From: Campylobacterota bacterium
GTDB lineage: Bacteria; Campylobacterota; Campylobacteria; Campylobacterales; Sulfurospirillaceae
DNA: 44,296 nucleotides
Assembly (NCBI GenBank): GCA_009930355.1
Contig: RZYK01000001.1
Span: forward strand, 1-44,296
Direction: 5' to 3'
In this document: positions 28,330-39,111 of the stretch, piece after piece
How the letters are laid out: each line of letters starts with the position of its first letter
Position numbering within the stretch: the stretch's first letter is position 1
Program-made: the position numbers and the translations under genes
The notes under the pieces: generated by a model
What the model was told of the DNA's origin: nothing
Seen by the model: only the letters and a program-made list of their open reading frames with translations
Database searches by the model: none

Positions 28330-30439
28330 TATAAATCGTGTTGTTCTCTTATCTCTTCTGGCTTTTTTATTTAGTTTTGCTGTTCGTTTGATTTGGGTCT
28401 ATCAATTTGCCGACTATGAAGCATTTCAATTTGGTGGGCAATTTATGATTAACACCAACGATGGTTATTTTTGGGCTGAGGGGGCTAGGGATTTACTCAG
28501 TGGAATTTTCCAAAAGTATGACCTTTCTCCCATTGATTCAGCACCTGCGTGGTTGACGTATGTAGCGGTTAAGCTTTTGCCTTTTTCGTTTGAGAGCATT
28601 ATCTTTTACATGCCTGCATTTTTGGGCTCACTTATTGTTATTCCTCTCATTCTTATTGCTCATAACCTTAAAATGATAGAAGTAGGGTTTTTAGCTGCTC
28701 TCTTAGCTTCCATTGCGGTAAGTTATTACAATCGTACCATGGTGGGGTATTATGATACGGATATGCTCACCATTGTTTTTCCAACCTTTCTTTTATGGTC
28801 ACTGATTTTGGCTTTTCGTACGCAAGAAGAGAAGTATCTTTTAATCACAGCTTTAGAGATTATTGCGTATCGATGGTGGTATCCGCAAAGTTACTCATTA
28901 GAGTTTGCATTTTTTGGATTAATTTTGCTCTATACTCTTTTATTTCAGCGTAAAAATCTTTTTTATTATCAGCTTCTCAGTATCATGTTGTTTGCTATGA
29001 TGGGCTTAGATACCTTGATTCGTCTGCTCATAGTTATTGGCGTGTATGGAATATTTAGACAAGAAAAATGGCAAAAATATATTTATATATTTTTAGGCGT
29101 TGCTACTGTACTCTTTTTTGTCAGTGGAGGGTTTGAGCCGATTTGGCTGCAACTTAAAGGGTATGTGTTTAAAGAGGCTATTGAGGCAAGCGAGGGGAAA
29201 CTTGCACTTCATTTTTTCTCTGTTCTACAAACAGTACGGGAAGCGGGGCAGATTCCTTTTTCTGTTTTTGCGGAGCGTATTAGTGGACATACGCTTACAT
29301 TTTTGTTGTCACTCATTGGATATGCATTGTTACTGAAGCGTTATCCTGTGATGTTTTTAGCATTACCTCTTTTGGGACTTGGAGGTTTAGCCCTGTGGGG
29401 TGGGCTTCGTTTTACGATTTACGCTGTTCCTGTGTGTGCGTTAGGAATTTCCTATTTTATTTTTACATGTAACGGATGGATTCTCTCCTCTTTTCGCAAT
29501 GAACGTTTAGGAAACTTTGTTAAATCAGCCTTTGTCATTCTCTCAAGTTTAGCGATTTTATATCCCAATCTTTTACATGTAATGAACTATCGTGTTCCTA
29601 CTGTTTTCAATCAAGCAGAAGTCGCACAACTGGATATGTTAAAATCTCAGGTGCAACGGGAAGATTACATCGTGAGTTGGTGGGATTATGGGTATCCACT
29701 TCGTTATTACAGTGATGTAAAAACACTGATTGATGGAGGAAAACACAGTGGAGAGGTGAACTTTCCTGTGAGTTTTATGCTTAGTAATTCTATGGATGCA
29801 GCGGCACGCTTGGCACGCTTGGAAGTTGAGTATACTGAAAAAGCGTTTTCTCTGGCAGAATCCAATCAGTCTGTTATGAATAATACAGCGCAAATGACAC
29901 TAGATTATGGTTTTAAAGATGCCAATGATTTCTTAGATGCTTTGCAAACCCCGCTGGTTCTTCCTCAAAAAACGAGGGATGTCTATTTTTATCTTCCGTA
30001 TCGTATGATGAGCATTTTCCCAACCGTTGCTCAATTTAGCAATATCGATGTGATGAGTGGTAAAACGGTGCGAGAGCCTTTTTTCTATCAAACACAGCAG
30101 TTTAGCGATCAAGGGGCTACATTGATGTTTGGCAATGGTATTGTATTAGATAAAGCAAAAGGGATGTTAAAACTAGGGCAAAAAGAGCTTGCGGTGAAAT
30201 ATTTTATTCAAACAAGCTATACCCCAGAGATGCAATTTTCTAAAGCCCAAAATCTTTTACATGTAAATGGTGTGGTGTCGATTATTTATATGCAAGCGTA
30301 CAATACCTTTTTAATTGTCGATGAGGCGATGCTCAATTCTTTGTATGTCCAGTTATTTGTTTTAGAAAATTATGATGAACGTTTTTTTGAGCCGATAAGT
30401 TTAGAAGCGTATGCTAAAGTGTATAAGCTAAAAATTTAG
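28319..30439 (+). CDS. pglB: STT3-family oligosaccharyltransferase
   Basis: INTNDGY, YYNRTM.GYYDTD, TVRE, WWDYG and DGGKH motifs; polytopic N-terminal region. Confidence 0.93.
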   Translation: MSHSINRVVLLSLLAFLFSFAVRLIWVYQFADYEAFQFGGQFMINTNDGYFWAEGARDLLSGIFQKYDLSPIDSAPAWLTYVAVKLLPFSFESIIFYMPAFLGSLIVIPLILIAHNLKMIEVGFLAALLASIAVSYYNRTMVGYYDTDMLTIVFPTFLLWSLILAFRTQEEKYLLITALEIIAYRWWYPQSYSLEFAFFGLILLYTLLFQRKNLFYYQLLSIMLFAMMGLDTLIRLLIVIGVYGIFRQEKWQKYIYIFLGVATVLFFVSGGFEPIWLQLKGYVFKEAIEASEGKLALHFFSVLQTVREAGQIPFSVFAERISGHTLTFLLSLIGYALLLKRYPVMFLALPLLGLGGLALWGGLRFTIYAVPVCALGISYFIFTCNGWILSSFRNERLGNFVKSAFVILSSLAILYPNLLHVMNYRVPTVFNQAEVAQLDMLKSQVQREDYIVSWWDYGYPLRYYSDVKTLIDGGKHSGEVNFPVSFMLSNSMDAAARLARLEVEYTEKAFSLAESNQSVMNNTAQMTLDYGFKDANDFLDALQTPLVLPQKTRDVYFYLPYRMMSIFPTVAQFSNIDVMSGKTVREPFFYQTQQFSDQGATLMFGNGIVLDKAKGMLKLGQKELAVKYFIQTSYTPEMQFSKAQNLLHVNGVVSIIYMQAYNTFLIVDEAMLNSLYVQLFVLENYDERFFEPISLEAYAKVYKLKI

Positions 30440-30468
30440 CTAAAATAGGCAAAAACAAAAGGTGTGAG

Positions 30469-31374
30469 ATGGTCATTCGTGAAATTCAACAATTTTCTGA
30501 AGTAAGAGCACGAGCAAGGGCTTATTTGTGCTATCTCTTTACTCGTAATATTCCCAATCGTATGCCTGAGCCCAATGTGGATGTGATTACGGGGAGTTTA
30601 GATAAAATTGTCCATGAAGTTGAGGAGTTTGAAGCGTTGTATCTTCTCGATCATCGAGGCGAACAAGTGATTAATAACATTACCGATGACCCTCATAAAA
30701 AGGGTGGTCTAGGGCAAAATCGAAGTGGCAAGTCTTACTATTATAGAGCCGTACGTGAAAAGCGATGTGTTTTAAGCGATCCCTATCCTTCAACGCTCAC
30801 CAACGATTTGACGGTGACAGCTTCTTATCCCATTTATGATGAACAAGGGATTTTGAAGTACATTGCCTGTATTGATGTCTCGTTGGAGCATATCTTAAAA
30901 ATAGCACACCCTTCTTCTTTACAGTCTATGTTTGGGCGAAGTTCACAAGTTATTTATTCTATTTTTTCTCTCTCTTTGCTTGCGATTGCAATGTTACTTT
31001 TATTCAATGGGATGAAAAGTCTTTTTACGCACGGTTTTGCTTTTAACCTTCTGGATATTGAAGCGATGTTTCAATCGACGATTTTAATTACACTTTCACT
31101 AGCCATCTTTGATTTGGTTAAAACTATTTTTGAAGAGGAAGTCTTAGGTCGACATGAGCGTGATGAGAGCTCAGGAATTCATAAAACCATGGTGCGTTTT
31201 TTGGGTTCTATTATTATTGCTCTTGCTATTGAGGCACTGATGTTGGTTTTTAAATATGCCATTATTGATTCATCCCATATCTTAAACGCTGTTTATTTAA
31301 TTGGTGGAGTGACACTGCTTCTGTTTGGATTAGCATTTTATTTGAAGGCAATTTCACAAAAGAGAGATGAATGA
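30469..31374 (+). CDS. pglG: PDC/Cache sensor-domain membrane protein, PglG homologue
   Basis: RARAYLCY...RSGKSYYYRAV..RCVLSDPYPS plus C-terminal TM helices; position between pglB and the cheY block matches Campylobacter pglG. Confidence 0.7.
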   Translation: MVIREIQQFSEVRARARAYLCYLFTRNIPNRMPEPNVDVITGSLDKIVHEVEEFEALYLLDHRGEQVINNITDDPHKKGGLGQNRSGKSYYYRAVREKRCVLSDPYPSTLTNDLTVTASYPIYDEQGILKYIACIDVSLEHILKIAHPSSLQSMFGRSSQVIYSIFSLSLLAIAMLLLFNGMKSLFTHGFAFNLLDIEAMFQSTILITLSLAIFDLVKTIFEEEVLGRHERDESSGIHKTMVRFLGSIIIALAIEALMLVFKYAIIDSSHILNAVYLIGGVTLLLFGLAFYLKAISQKRDE

Positions 31375-31982
31375 TTGGCTTAATTGATTACAATATGGGA
31401 AATCTTCAAAGCGTGCGTAACGCTTTTGAAAAGCTTGGTGTGAGTGTTAAGATTATACAAAAAGCAGAAGAGATTGCTGTGTGCGATAAAATTATTTTAC
31501 CAGGCGTTGGAGCTTTTAAAGATGCGATGCAATGTTTAAAAGAGAGAGAAATGGATGAGGCGATTCGAGATTTTGCCACTTCCCATAAACCTCTTCTTGG
31601 CATTTGTCTTGGAATGCAACTTCTTTTTGAAAGCAGTGTTGAGTTTGGAAAAAGTGTAGGGCTTGGATTGATTGAGGGTGAAATCGTTCAGTTTGATACA
31701 TCACGATTTCAAAGTCGTCTAAAAGTACCACATATGGGATGGAATGAACTTTTTATAACACAAAAATCGGCTTTGTTTGAAGGTATGCCAGAAGCGTTTT
31801 ATCTCTATTTTGTACATAGTTTTCATGCACAGTGTGACGAAAAATATGTCATTGGCAAAACGATGTATGGGTATGAATTTCCGAGTGCAGTACAGAAAGA
31901 TAATGTGTATGGGTTTCAGCCACACCCTGAAAAATCACATGACAATGGCTTAAAAATTTTAAAGAATTTTGTGGAGTTATGA
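31371..31982 (+). CDS. hisH: Imidazole glycerol phosphate synthase glutaminase subunit
   Basis: [42 protein letters not shown]. Confidence 0.95.
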   Translation: MIGLIDYNMGNLQSVRNAFEKLGVSVKIIQKAEEIAVCDKIILPGVGAFKDAMQCLKEREMDEAIRDFATSHKPLLGICLGMQLLFESSVEFGKSVGLGLIEGEIVQFDTSRFQSRLKVPHMGWNELFITQKSALFEGMPEAFYLYFVHSFHAQCDEKYVIGKTMYGYEFPSAVQKDNVYGFQPHPEKSHDNGLKILKNFVEL

Positions 31983-32704
31983 TGGAAATTTTACCAGCGA
32001 TTGATTTAAAAGACGGACAAGCAGTTAGGTTAACAAAAGGTTTAATGCAAAGTGCTAAAATTTATTCGAATGAGCCTTGGGAAGTTGCCAAAAAATTTGA
32101 AGAGATGGGTTCACATTGGGTTCATTTGGTGGATTTAAATGGTGCATTTGCGGGTGAACCAAAAAATTTAGAACAGATTGAAAAAATTCGTCAAAAGTGT
32201 CACCTAAAGTTAGAATTAGGGGGTGGTATTCGTGATGAGGAGACCATTCGTCGCTATGTTGATTTGGGAATCGATAGAATTATTTTAGGTTCTATTGCTT
32301 TGAAAAATCCTTTTTTTGTGAAAGAGATGGCACAAAAATACCGTATCGTCGTGGGTATTGATGCGATTGATGGGTATGTTGCTGTTGAAGGATGGGCAGA
32401 AAAATCGACGATGAAAGCAACTGATTTAGCCAAAGCATTTGCAGACGCTGGCGTTGAAGCAATTATTTGTACTGATGTAGGACGTGATGGTATGTTAAGT
32501 GGGGTTAATGTCGATTTTACACTCTCTATTGCGGATGCTTCAGGTATTGCTACGATTGCCAGTGGAGGATTGAAAAATTTGGACGATATAGTAGCATTGC
32601 AAGAGACTCAAAAAGTTTCAGGGGTCATTGTTGGTAAAGCCTTTTATGAGGGAACGTTAGATTTGCCAGAAGCATTTGATTTTCTCGCTAAAAACGTGCT
32701 TTAA
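31979..32704 (+). CDS. hisA: ProFAR isomerase
   Basis: [41 protein letters not shown]. Confidence 0.95.
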   Translation: MMEILPAIDLKDGQAVRLTKGLMQSAKIYSNEPWEVAKKFEEMGSHWVHLVDLNGAFAGEPKNLEQIEKIRQKCHLKLELGGGIRDEETIRRYVDLGIDRIILGSIALKNPFFVKEMAQKYRIVVGIDAIDGYVAVEGWAEKSTMKATDLAKAFADAGVEAIICTDVGRDGMLSGVNVDFTLSIADASGIATIASGGLKNLDDIVALQETQKVSGVIVGKAFYEGTLDLPEAFDFLAKNVL

Positions 32705-32773
32705 ACTAAGTTCAAACTAAAGTTCGTTAGAATTTAAAGATAGTCAATAACACATAACAACAAAGGAGTGACA

Positions 32774-33139
32774 TTGAAGCTGCTTGTAGTAGATGATAGC
32801 TCAACAATGCGCCGTATAATCAAAAATACTTTACAAAGACTCGGATATGATGATGTTCTTGAAGCAGAGCACGGCGTGGAAGCATGGCAGATTATGGAAA
32901 GAACGCCTGATATTAATGTCTTGATTACTGACTGGAACATGCCTGAAATGAACGGATTGGATTTGGTTCGTAAAGTAAGAGCCGAAAAGAAGTATGAAAG
33001 TATGCCCATCATTATGGTTACAACAGAGGGTGGAAAAGCAGAAGTAATTACCGCACTTAAAGCGGGAGTAAATAACTATATTGTTAAGCCATTTACGCCT
33101 CAAGTGCTCAAAGAGAAACTTGAGGATGTTTTAGGTTAA
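32774..33139 (+). CDS. cheY: Chemotaxis response regulator
   Basis: KLLVVDDSSTMRRI, TDWNMPEMNG, YIVKPF; TTG at 32774 follows AAGGAG. Confidence 0.93.
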   Translation: MKLLVVDDSSTMRRIIKNTLQRLGYDDVLEAEHGVEAWQIMERTPDINVLITDWNMPEMNGLDLVRKVRAEKKYESMPIIMVTTEGGKAEVITALKAGVNNYIVKPFTPQVLKEKLEDVLG

Positions 33140-33140
33140 A

Positions 33141-33968
33141 ATGAAGCAAACCTATAATGAACTTTATATAACCCCCAGTGAGGAGTATTCACTTTTTCTT
33201 GATTTGATAATGAGCCTCAGTGATGAGGCTATTGAAGAACTAGATGGTTCGATTATTTTACGCAGTGAAGATGATTTGGAAATGGTTCGTTTTGGAGCGG
33301 AGGCTTTTGCTAAAGAACTCTCTTGCGTGCTTGGTAAAGAAATTAGAGTTGAGACGAGATTGTGTGTTAAAGAGAATGAAGATTGGATTGCGCAATATCG
33401 TCATTCTATTCAGCCTTTGTCTGTCAATAATTTTTATATTCATCCTAGTTGGCTACCAGACGAAGTAAATAAAAAAAATATCATTATTGATCCTGCACTT
33501 GCTTTTGGCTCGGGTCATCATGAAACAACCTATGGTTGTTTATTGCTTTTACAAAAGTATGTTAGGGAAAATATGACACTTCTGGATGTTGGATGTGGAA
33601 GTGGGATTTTAAGCATTGCTGCACGTAAATGTGGTGCTATTGTTGATTTATGTGACACGGACGAGCAAGCAACGCAGAGTGCAAAAGAAAATTTTATGCT
33701 TAATCATGAAGATTTTCATCGTATGTGGACAGGCTCCGTTCAAAAACGTGAGCGTGAATATGATGTTGTTGTTGCTAATATTATTGCGGATGTATTAATT
33801 ATGCTTTCAAGTGATTTAACAAAAGCAGTGAAAGAGGGGGGGCTTCTCATTCTCTCTGGTATTTTAGATAAATATGTTGATAAGGTTGAAAATAAATTTT
33901 CTTCAATGAAATTGGTGGAGAAGTATCAAAAAGAAGAGTGGTTTACACTCGTGCTACAAAGGAACTAG
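33141..33968 (+). CDS. prmA: Ribosomal protein L11 methyltransferase
   Basis: IDPALAFGSGHHETT, LDVGCGSGILS, VANIIAD, LILSGI. Confidence 0.95.
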   Translation: MKQTYNELYITPSEEYSLFLDLIMSLSDEAIEELDGSIILRSEDDLEMVRFGAEAFAKELSCVLGKEIRVETRLCVKENEDWIAQYRHSIQPLSVNNFYIHPSWLPDEVNKKNIIIDPALAFGSGHHETTYGCLLLLQKYVRENMTLLDVGCGSGILSIAARKCGAIVDLCDTDEQATQSAKENFMLNHEDFHRMWTGSVQKREREYDVVVANIIADVLIMLSSDLTKAVKEGGLLILSGILDKYVDKVENKFSSMKLVEKYQKEEWFTLVLQRN

Positions 33969-35924
33969 ATGAGTCAGAATAACCCAAATAGAGATAATAA
34001 AAACGAAAAAAAGAACAATTTTTTTAATCAAAATCCATTATTAATGTTTGCTATTTTTGCTATTGTCATTATTTTAGTGTTTAAAAATTTTACAGCTATG
34101 TCAGATAGTGGTATGGAAGCAGGATTTGGAACACAAAATAGTGCAACAAAAAATATTAGCTATTATGAACTGAAAGAGTTAATTAAAAATGGTCAAATCA
34201 GTTATGTTGCGATTGGACAAACGACGATAAAGGCCTTTTCAACCACGGGTGCACAAAAAACTGTTTATATGGTTAAAAAAGTGGGGGAAGATAGTACTTT
34301 TATTCCATTAATGGACGAGAAAAAAGTCGGTTATGGTGGATATAATGAATCCAATATTTTAACAGAAATTCTTTTTTCATGGGTGTTGCCTGTGTTTATT
34401 TTCTTTGGAATTTGGATGTTTTTAGCTAATAAAATGCAGAAAAATATGGGTGGTGGTATTCTTGGAATGGGAAGCAGTAAAAAGCTTGTCAATTCTGAAA
34501 AACCAAAAGTAAAATTTCAAGATGTTGCAGGTGTAGAAGAAGCAAAAGAGGAAGTTAAAGAAATTGTCGATTTTCTAAAATTTCCTGATCGTTATATGAG
34601 CCTTGGTGCTAAGATTCCTAAGGGTGTTCTTTTAGTGGGACCTCCGGGTACAGGTAAGACGTTACTTGCTAAAGCGGTTGCGGGAGAGGCAAGTGTACCA
34701 TTCTTTTCTGTTTCAGGTTCAAGTTTCATTGAGATGTTTGTAGGTGTGGGTGCAAGTCGTGTAAGAGATTTGTTTGAAAATGCTAAAAAAGAGGCTCCGG
34801 CTATTGTTTTTATTGATGAAATTGATGCGATTGGTAAAAGTAGAGCTGCGAATGGTATGATGGGTGGAAATGATGAGAGAGAGCAAACACTCAATCAACT
34901 TCTTGCAGAGATGGATGGTTTTAGCTCCGATAAATCACCTGTTATTGTTCTCGCTGCAACCAATCGACCTGAAGTCTTGGATGCTGCTCTTTTGCGACCA
35001 GGTCGTTTTGATAGGCAAGTTTTAGTTGATAAACCTGATTTTCAAGGTAGAAAAGATATTTTAAAAGTACATAGTGCTGATATTAAATTGGATAAAAATA
35101 TTGATTTAGAAGAGATTGCTCGTTTAACTGCGGGTCTTGCGGGTGCTGATTTGGCAAATATTATTAATGAAGCAGCCCTTTTGGGTGGGCGAAAAAATAA
35201 AACCCATGTAGAACAGATTGACCTTGTGGAAGCTGTGGAGCGAGCTATTGCTGGTTTGGAGAAAAAGAGTCGTAGAATTAATCCAAAAGAAAAGCGTATT
35301 GTTGCTTACCATGAAAGTGGGCATGCTCTCATTGCTGAAACAACAGAGGGTGCAAAAAAAGTTTCTAAGGTTTCTATTATTCCTAGAGGACTTGCAGCCC
35401 TTGGATATACTCTTAATACGCCAGAAGAGAATAAATTTTTAATGCAAAAACATGAGTTGATAGCTGAAGTAGATGTTCTCTTAGGCGGACGTGCAGCGGA
35501 AGATGTTTTCTTAGGTGAAATCTCAACGGGTGCGGGGAATGATTTAGAACGTGCAACAGATATTATTAAAGCGATGGTAAGCTTGTATGGTATGAGTGAT
35601 GTTGCTGGATTAATGGTGCTCGAAAAACAACGTAATACTTTTTTAAATGGTGGAACGACCAAAGATTATAGTGATAAAATGGCTGAAAAACTAGATGAGC
35701 ACATTAAAAAAGCATTGCAAGAGCGTTATGAAATTGTCAAAGCACGTTTAGTTGAGTACCGTGAGTGTATTGAACGTATTGTCTCAAAATTGACAGAAGT
35801 TGAAACCATGGATGGAGAACAATTAAGAGGAATTATTAAGGCTTATGAAGAAGAATTTAAAATAGCTTCATATGCAACACCGACACTTTCTTCAGAAGAG
35901 AATTCTAATAGTGATGCACAGTAA
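33969..35924 (+). CDS. ftsH: ATP-dependent zinc metalloprotease FtsH
   Basis: Two TM segments, [27 protein letters not shown]. Confidence 0.97.
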   Translation: MSQNNPNRDNKNEKKNNFFNQNPLLMFAIFAIVIILVFKNFTAMSDSGMEAGFGTQNSATKNISYYELKELIKNGQISYVAIGQTTIKAFSTTGAQKTVYMVKKVGEDSTFIPLMDEKKVGYGGYNESNILTEILFSWVLPVFIFFGIWMFLANKMQKNMGGGILGMGSSKKLVNSEKPKVKFQDVAGVEEAKEEVKEIVDFLKFPDRYMSLGAKIPKGVLLVGPPGTGKTLLAKAVAGEASVPFFSVSGSSFIEMFVGVGASRVRDLFENAKKEAPAIVFIDEIDAIGKSRAANGMMGGNDEREQTLNQLLAEMDGFSSDKSPVIVLAATNRPEVLDAALLRPGRFDRQVLVDKPDFQGRKDILKVHSADIKLDKNIDLEEIARLTAGLAGADLANIINEAALLGGRKNKTHVEQIDLVEAVERAIAGLEKKSRRINPKEKRIVAYHESGHALIAETTEGAKKVSKVSIIPRGLAALGYTLNTPEENKFLMQKHELIAEVDVLLGGRAAEDVFLGEISTGAGNDLERATDIIKAMVSLYGMSDVAGLMVLEKQRNTFLNGGTTKDYSDKMAEKLDEHIKKALQERYEIVKARLVEYRECIERIVSKLTEVETMDGEQLRGIIKAYEEEFKIASYATPTLSSEENSNSDAQ

Positions 35925-36570
35925 TTATACAACGACACATGTTATAGCAAAAGAGGGCTGGAACCAGATTGTTTTTTCATTTATGGTTTTTCTTCTTTCT
36001 TATGCTATTTCATGTTTGCCGTGGCTTTTTTTTCTGGTTTTTTTGGGGACAATTTTTGTATATCGTAATCCTGAGCGCATTGCAGAAGAGAGTGATGGCT
36101 TATGTTTGCTAGCACCGATGGACGGTAAAATTACAAAAATTGCAAAAGTAGATTTAAAAGACAAAAGTGAAGTTTTATGTGTTGTTATTCGAAAATCATT
36201 TTTCAATGTAGGGATTCTTCGTACTCCTATAAATATGGAAGTAGGAGAGGTTAAAAATCGATTTGGACTTTTTATGCCATCATCTTCATCTCTTTTTTCG
36301 AACTTGTGTGAGCGAAAAACTTTTACATGTAAGAATAAATTTGCTTCTTTTAAAATGGTTATAAGTGCGGGACGTTTTAGTCAAAAAATTATCTTTTTTC
36401 GAAAATTAGGAATGTTTAAAGCCAATGAACGTTTTGGATTTTTAAGAGATGGTGAAATTGCTCTTTTACTACCACTTGATACGCGTATTAAAGTTTCATT
36501 AAACAGCGATGTCAAAGCAGGGGAAAGTGTTTTGGGTTATCTTGCATATAAGGAAAGTAATGACAAATAA
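35914..36570 (+). CDS. Phosphatidylserine decarboxylase-related protein
   Basis: IAKEGW, YRNPER, APMDGKI, VKAGESVL; between ftsH and pssA; lacks the FGS/LGS cleavage serine. Confidence 0.7.
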   Translation: MHSNYTTTHVIAKEGWNQIVFSFMVFLLSYAISCLPWLFFLVFLGTIFVYRNPERIAEESDGLCLLAPMDGKITKIAKVDLKDKSEVLCVVIRKSFFNVGILRTPINMEVGEVKNRFGLFMPSSSSLFSNLCERKTFTCKNKFASFKMVISAGRFSQKIIFFRKLGMFKANERFGFLRDGEIALLLPLDTRIKVSLNSDVKAGESVLGYLAYKESNDK

Positions 36571-37294
36571 TAGCAATAAACTTCAATTAATCTATATTTT
36601 TCCTAATCTCTTTACTGCGGCTAGTGCTTTTTTAGGGGTTATTAGTATTTTAGCATCAGCTAATGGTCATTTTGAAAAGGCTGCTATTTATATTTTGCTC
36701 TCTTTAATTTTTGATGGACTTGATGGAAGAGTAGCTCGTTTAACCAATGCCACCAGTAAATTTGGTGCAGAGTTTGACTCTTTAGCAGATATTGTCGCTT
36801 TTGGTGTCGCTCCTGCTATGCTTTTTTATTTTAGTGTGGGGCATATGTATGGAAAAGTTGGTTCACTGTTATGTGCAATGTATGTTGTTTTTGGGGCTAT
36901 TCGATTGGCTCGTTTTAATATTATGATTGGAGTGAGCGAGCCTTCTGTCTTCATTGGAGTTCCTATACCAACGGCGGCTGTCGTTCTAGCTATGTGGATT
37001 TTATTTTACGGTGAATACAGTATGTTAAAAGGTATTGAATGGGTTTTATTGGTTGGCATTGGTTTGCTTTCTTTTTTGATGGTGAGCAATATTCGTTACC
37101 CAAGTTTTAAAAAAATTGATTTAAAAAAAGCACATTTGATTAAAATTTTAGTTTATTTAATTATTGTTTTTTCATTGCTGTATGTCTATCCCATTGAAGT
37201 AGGCACAGCATTAATTACTGCTTATTTAGTTTATGGATTGGTACGAGGAATTTATACATTTTTCGTTGCCAAATTTCATAAAAATTTAGTATAA
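36560..37294 (+). CDS. pssA: CDP-diacylglycerol--serine O-phosphatidyltransferase
   Basis: PNLFT, DGLDGRVAR...SKFGAEFDSLADIVAFGVAP, RLARFN. Confidence 0.94.
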   Translation: MTNNSNKLQLIYIFPNLFTAASAFLGVISILASANGHFEKAAIYILLSLIFDGLDGRVARLTNATSKFGAEFDSLADIVAFGVAPAMLFYFSVGHMYGKVGSLLCAMYVVFGAIRLARFNIMIGVSEPSVFIGVPIPTAAVVLAMWILFYGEYSMLKGIEWVLLVGIGLLSFLMVSNIRYPSFKKIDLKKAHLIKILVYLIIVFSLLYVYPIEVGTALITAYLVYGLVRGIYTFFVAKFHKNLV

Positions 37295-37332
37295 TACACC
37301 AACTTTGAGGTAAATGAAGATCGTTTACCTCA
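37290..37332 (+). promoter_or_regulatory. TATAAT -10 box followed by a 12-bp stem-loop at the start of the leuA leader
   Basis: TATAAT 37290-37295; TGAGGTAAATGA (37306-37317) pairs with TCGTTTACCTCA (37321-37332), one G-U. Confidence 0.55.
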
Positions 37333-37354
37333 CCTATTTTATAAAGGAGAAGCG

Positions 37355-37450
37355 ATGAATAGCGTAGATATAGGCATTATGAAATCAATCAAAATTTTAC
37401 CCAAAATAGAGATTAAAAACGCTCTCCTGCAACCCCTCCTCTCCCTCTAA
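37355..37450 (+). CDS. Putative leucine leader peptide, 31 aa (MNSVDIGIMKSIKILPKIEIKNALLQPLLSL)
   Basis: AAGGAG 5 nt before ATG; five Leu codons (CTC CTG CTC CTC CTC) in the last eight sense codons; directly upstream of leuA. Confidence 0.65.
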   Translation: MNSVDIGIMKSIKILPKIEIKNALLQPLLSL

Positions 37451-37505
37451 CTCTTTTTTTCATTTTTTAAAATATTGCTAAATAGAATATAACTAAGGAA
37501 CAACA

Positions 37506-39065
37506 ATGAAGAACAATAAAATTATTATTTTTGATACCACGTTGCGTGATGGAGAACAAAGCCCTGGTGCTTCGATGAATACAGAAGAAAAAATTCAAAT
37601 CGCTTTGCAACTTCAAAAATTAGGGGTTGATGTGATAGAAGCAGGTTTTGCAGCGGCCAGTCCTGGTGATTTTGATGCGATTTCTCGTATCGCTGAAGCG
37701 GTCACGAAAAGTCGTATTTGTTCACTGGCTCGTGCATTGGAAAAAGATATCAAAGCAGCAGGTGAAGCAGTTTCTAAAGCAAAAATGAATCGTATCCATA
37801 CGTTTATTGCGACCAGTCCTATTCACATGGAATACAAACTTAAAATGACACCCGATCAAGTGATTAAAAAAGCGGTTGAGGCTGTTCAGTATGCTAAAAC
37901 CTTTTGTGAGGATGTTGAGTTTAGTTGTGAAGATGCTGGGCGTAGTGAAGTGAGTTTTATGAAAGAAGTTTTAGATGCGGTCATCAACGCAGGAGCTACT
38001 ACGCTTAATATCCCTGATACTGTAGGCTATCGTTTGCCAACGGAAATGGGGGCTATTATTAAATCTTTGCATGATTTTGTGGGAGATAGAGCGATTATTT
38101 CGGTACACAATCATAATGATTTAGGCTTAGCCGTTGCTAACTCTTTAGCGTGTATTGAAAATGGCGCACGTCAGGTGGAGTGTACCATTAATGGTTTGGG
38201 TGAGAGAGCGGGAAACGCGGCATTAGAAGAGATCGTCATGTCGCTTCGCACACGTAAAGATCATTTTAGTGGTTATGAGACCAATATCAACATCAAAGAG
38301 ATTTACCCAACCAGCAAATTGGTCTCATCCATCACAGGTATTGAGCCTCAGCCTAATAAAGCAATTGTAGGGAAAAATGCTTTCTCTCATGAGAGTGGTA
38401 TTCATCAAGATGGTGTTTTAAAACACACGCAAACCTATGAAATTATGAGTGCGAAAGACATCGGCTTAGATAAGAATTCTATTGTTCTTGGAAAACATTC
38501 AGGTCGTCATGCCTTTAAAGATAAATTGAGTAGTTTGGGATATGAACTAAAAGATGAAGAGGTTAATGAAGCGTTTGAGCGATTTAAAATTTTAGCGGAT
38601 CAGAAAAAAGAGATTTTTGATGACGATTTGCGTGCGTTGGTTGCAGATGAAATTACAAAAATTCCTCAAGTATTTGATTTGGTTCGTTTACAGCTTTCAG
38701 ATTGCTCTCCTGGAGGACTCCCAAGTGCAGCGGTGACAATTAGCCATGAAGGAAAAGAAATTACTGATGCTGCTATTGGAAATGGAACGATGGATGCTAT
38801 CTTTAAAGTGATTGACCGTGTTTGCGGTGTGAGTGGTGAACTCAAAGATTATAAAGTGGATGCGGTTTCTCAAGGTAAAGATGCTATGGCGAGGGTATTA
38901 GTTAAGGTTGTTTTTGATGAGAGTAAACCAGCAATTATGGGGCATGGCTTAAGTGTGGATACAATGTTAGCAACTGCTAAAGCATATATTGGAGCATTGA
39001 ACAGTTATATGTCAATGAAAGAGAGTTTGCGAACGATTCATCACACAAGCAAAGAGGGAATCTAG
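37506..39065 (+). CDS. leuA: 2-isopropylmalate synthase
   Basis: [50 protein letters not shown]-terminal regulatory domain. Confidence 0.97.
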   Translation: MKNNKIIIFDTTLRDGEQSPGASMNTEEKIQIALQLQKLGVDVIEAGFAAASPGDFDAISRIAEAVTKSRICSLARALEKDIKAAGEAVSKAKMNRIHTFIATSPIHMEYKLKMTPDQVIKKAVEAVQYAKTFCEDVEFSCEDAGRSEVSFMKEVLDAVINAGATTLNIPDTVGYRLPTEMGAIIKSLHDFVGDRAIISVHNHNDLGLAVANSLACIENGARQVECTINGLGERAGNAALEEIVMSLRTRKDHFSGYETNINIKEIYPTSKLVSSITGIEPQPNKAIVGKNAFSHESGIHQDGVLKHTQTYEIMSAKDIGLDKNSIVLGKHSGRHAFKDKLSSLGYELKDEEVNEAFERFKILADQKKEIFDDDLRALVADEITKIPQVFDLVRLQLSDCSPGGLPSAAVTISHEGKEITDAAIGNGTMDAIFKVIDRVCGVSGELKDYKVDAVSQGKDAMARVLVKVVFDESKPAIMGHGLSVDTMLATAKAYIGALNSYMSMKESLRTIHHTSKEGI

Positions 39066-39076
39066 GTATTTTTCTT

Positions 39077-39110
39077 TTTACATGTAAAGATGAAAATCTT
39101 TACATGTAAA
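39077..39110. terminator. Perfect 15-bp hairpin between convergent genes, probable terminator
   Basis: TTTACATGTAAAGAT-GAAA-ATCTTTACATGTAAA between the leuA stop and the TPR gene stop. Confidence 0.7.
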
Positions 39111-39111
39111 G

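Noticed and set aside
32703-32732. Direct repeat AAACTAA(A)GTTC upstream of cheY
   Set aside because: Consistent with the periodic AT-rich upstream pattern of a housekeeping promoter next to TAGAAT; no independent support
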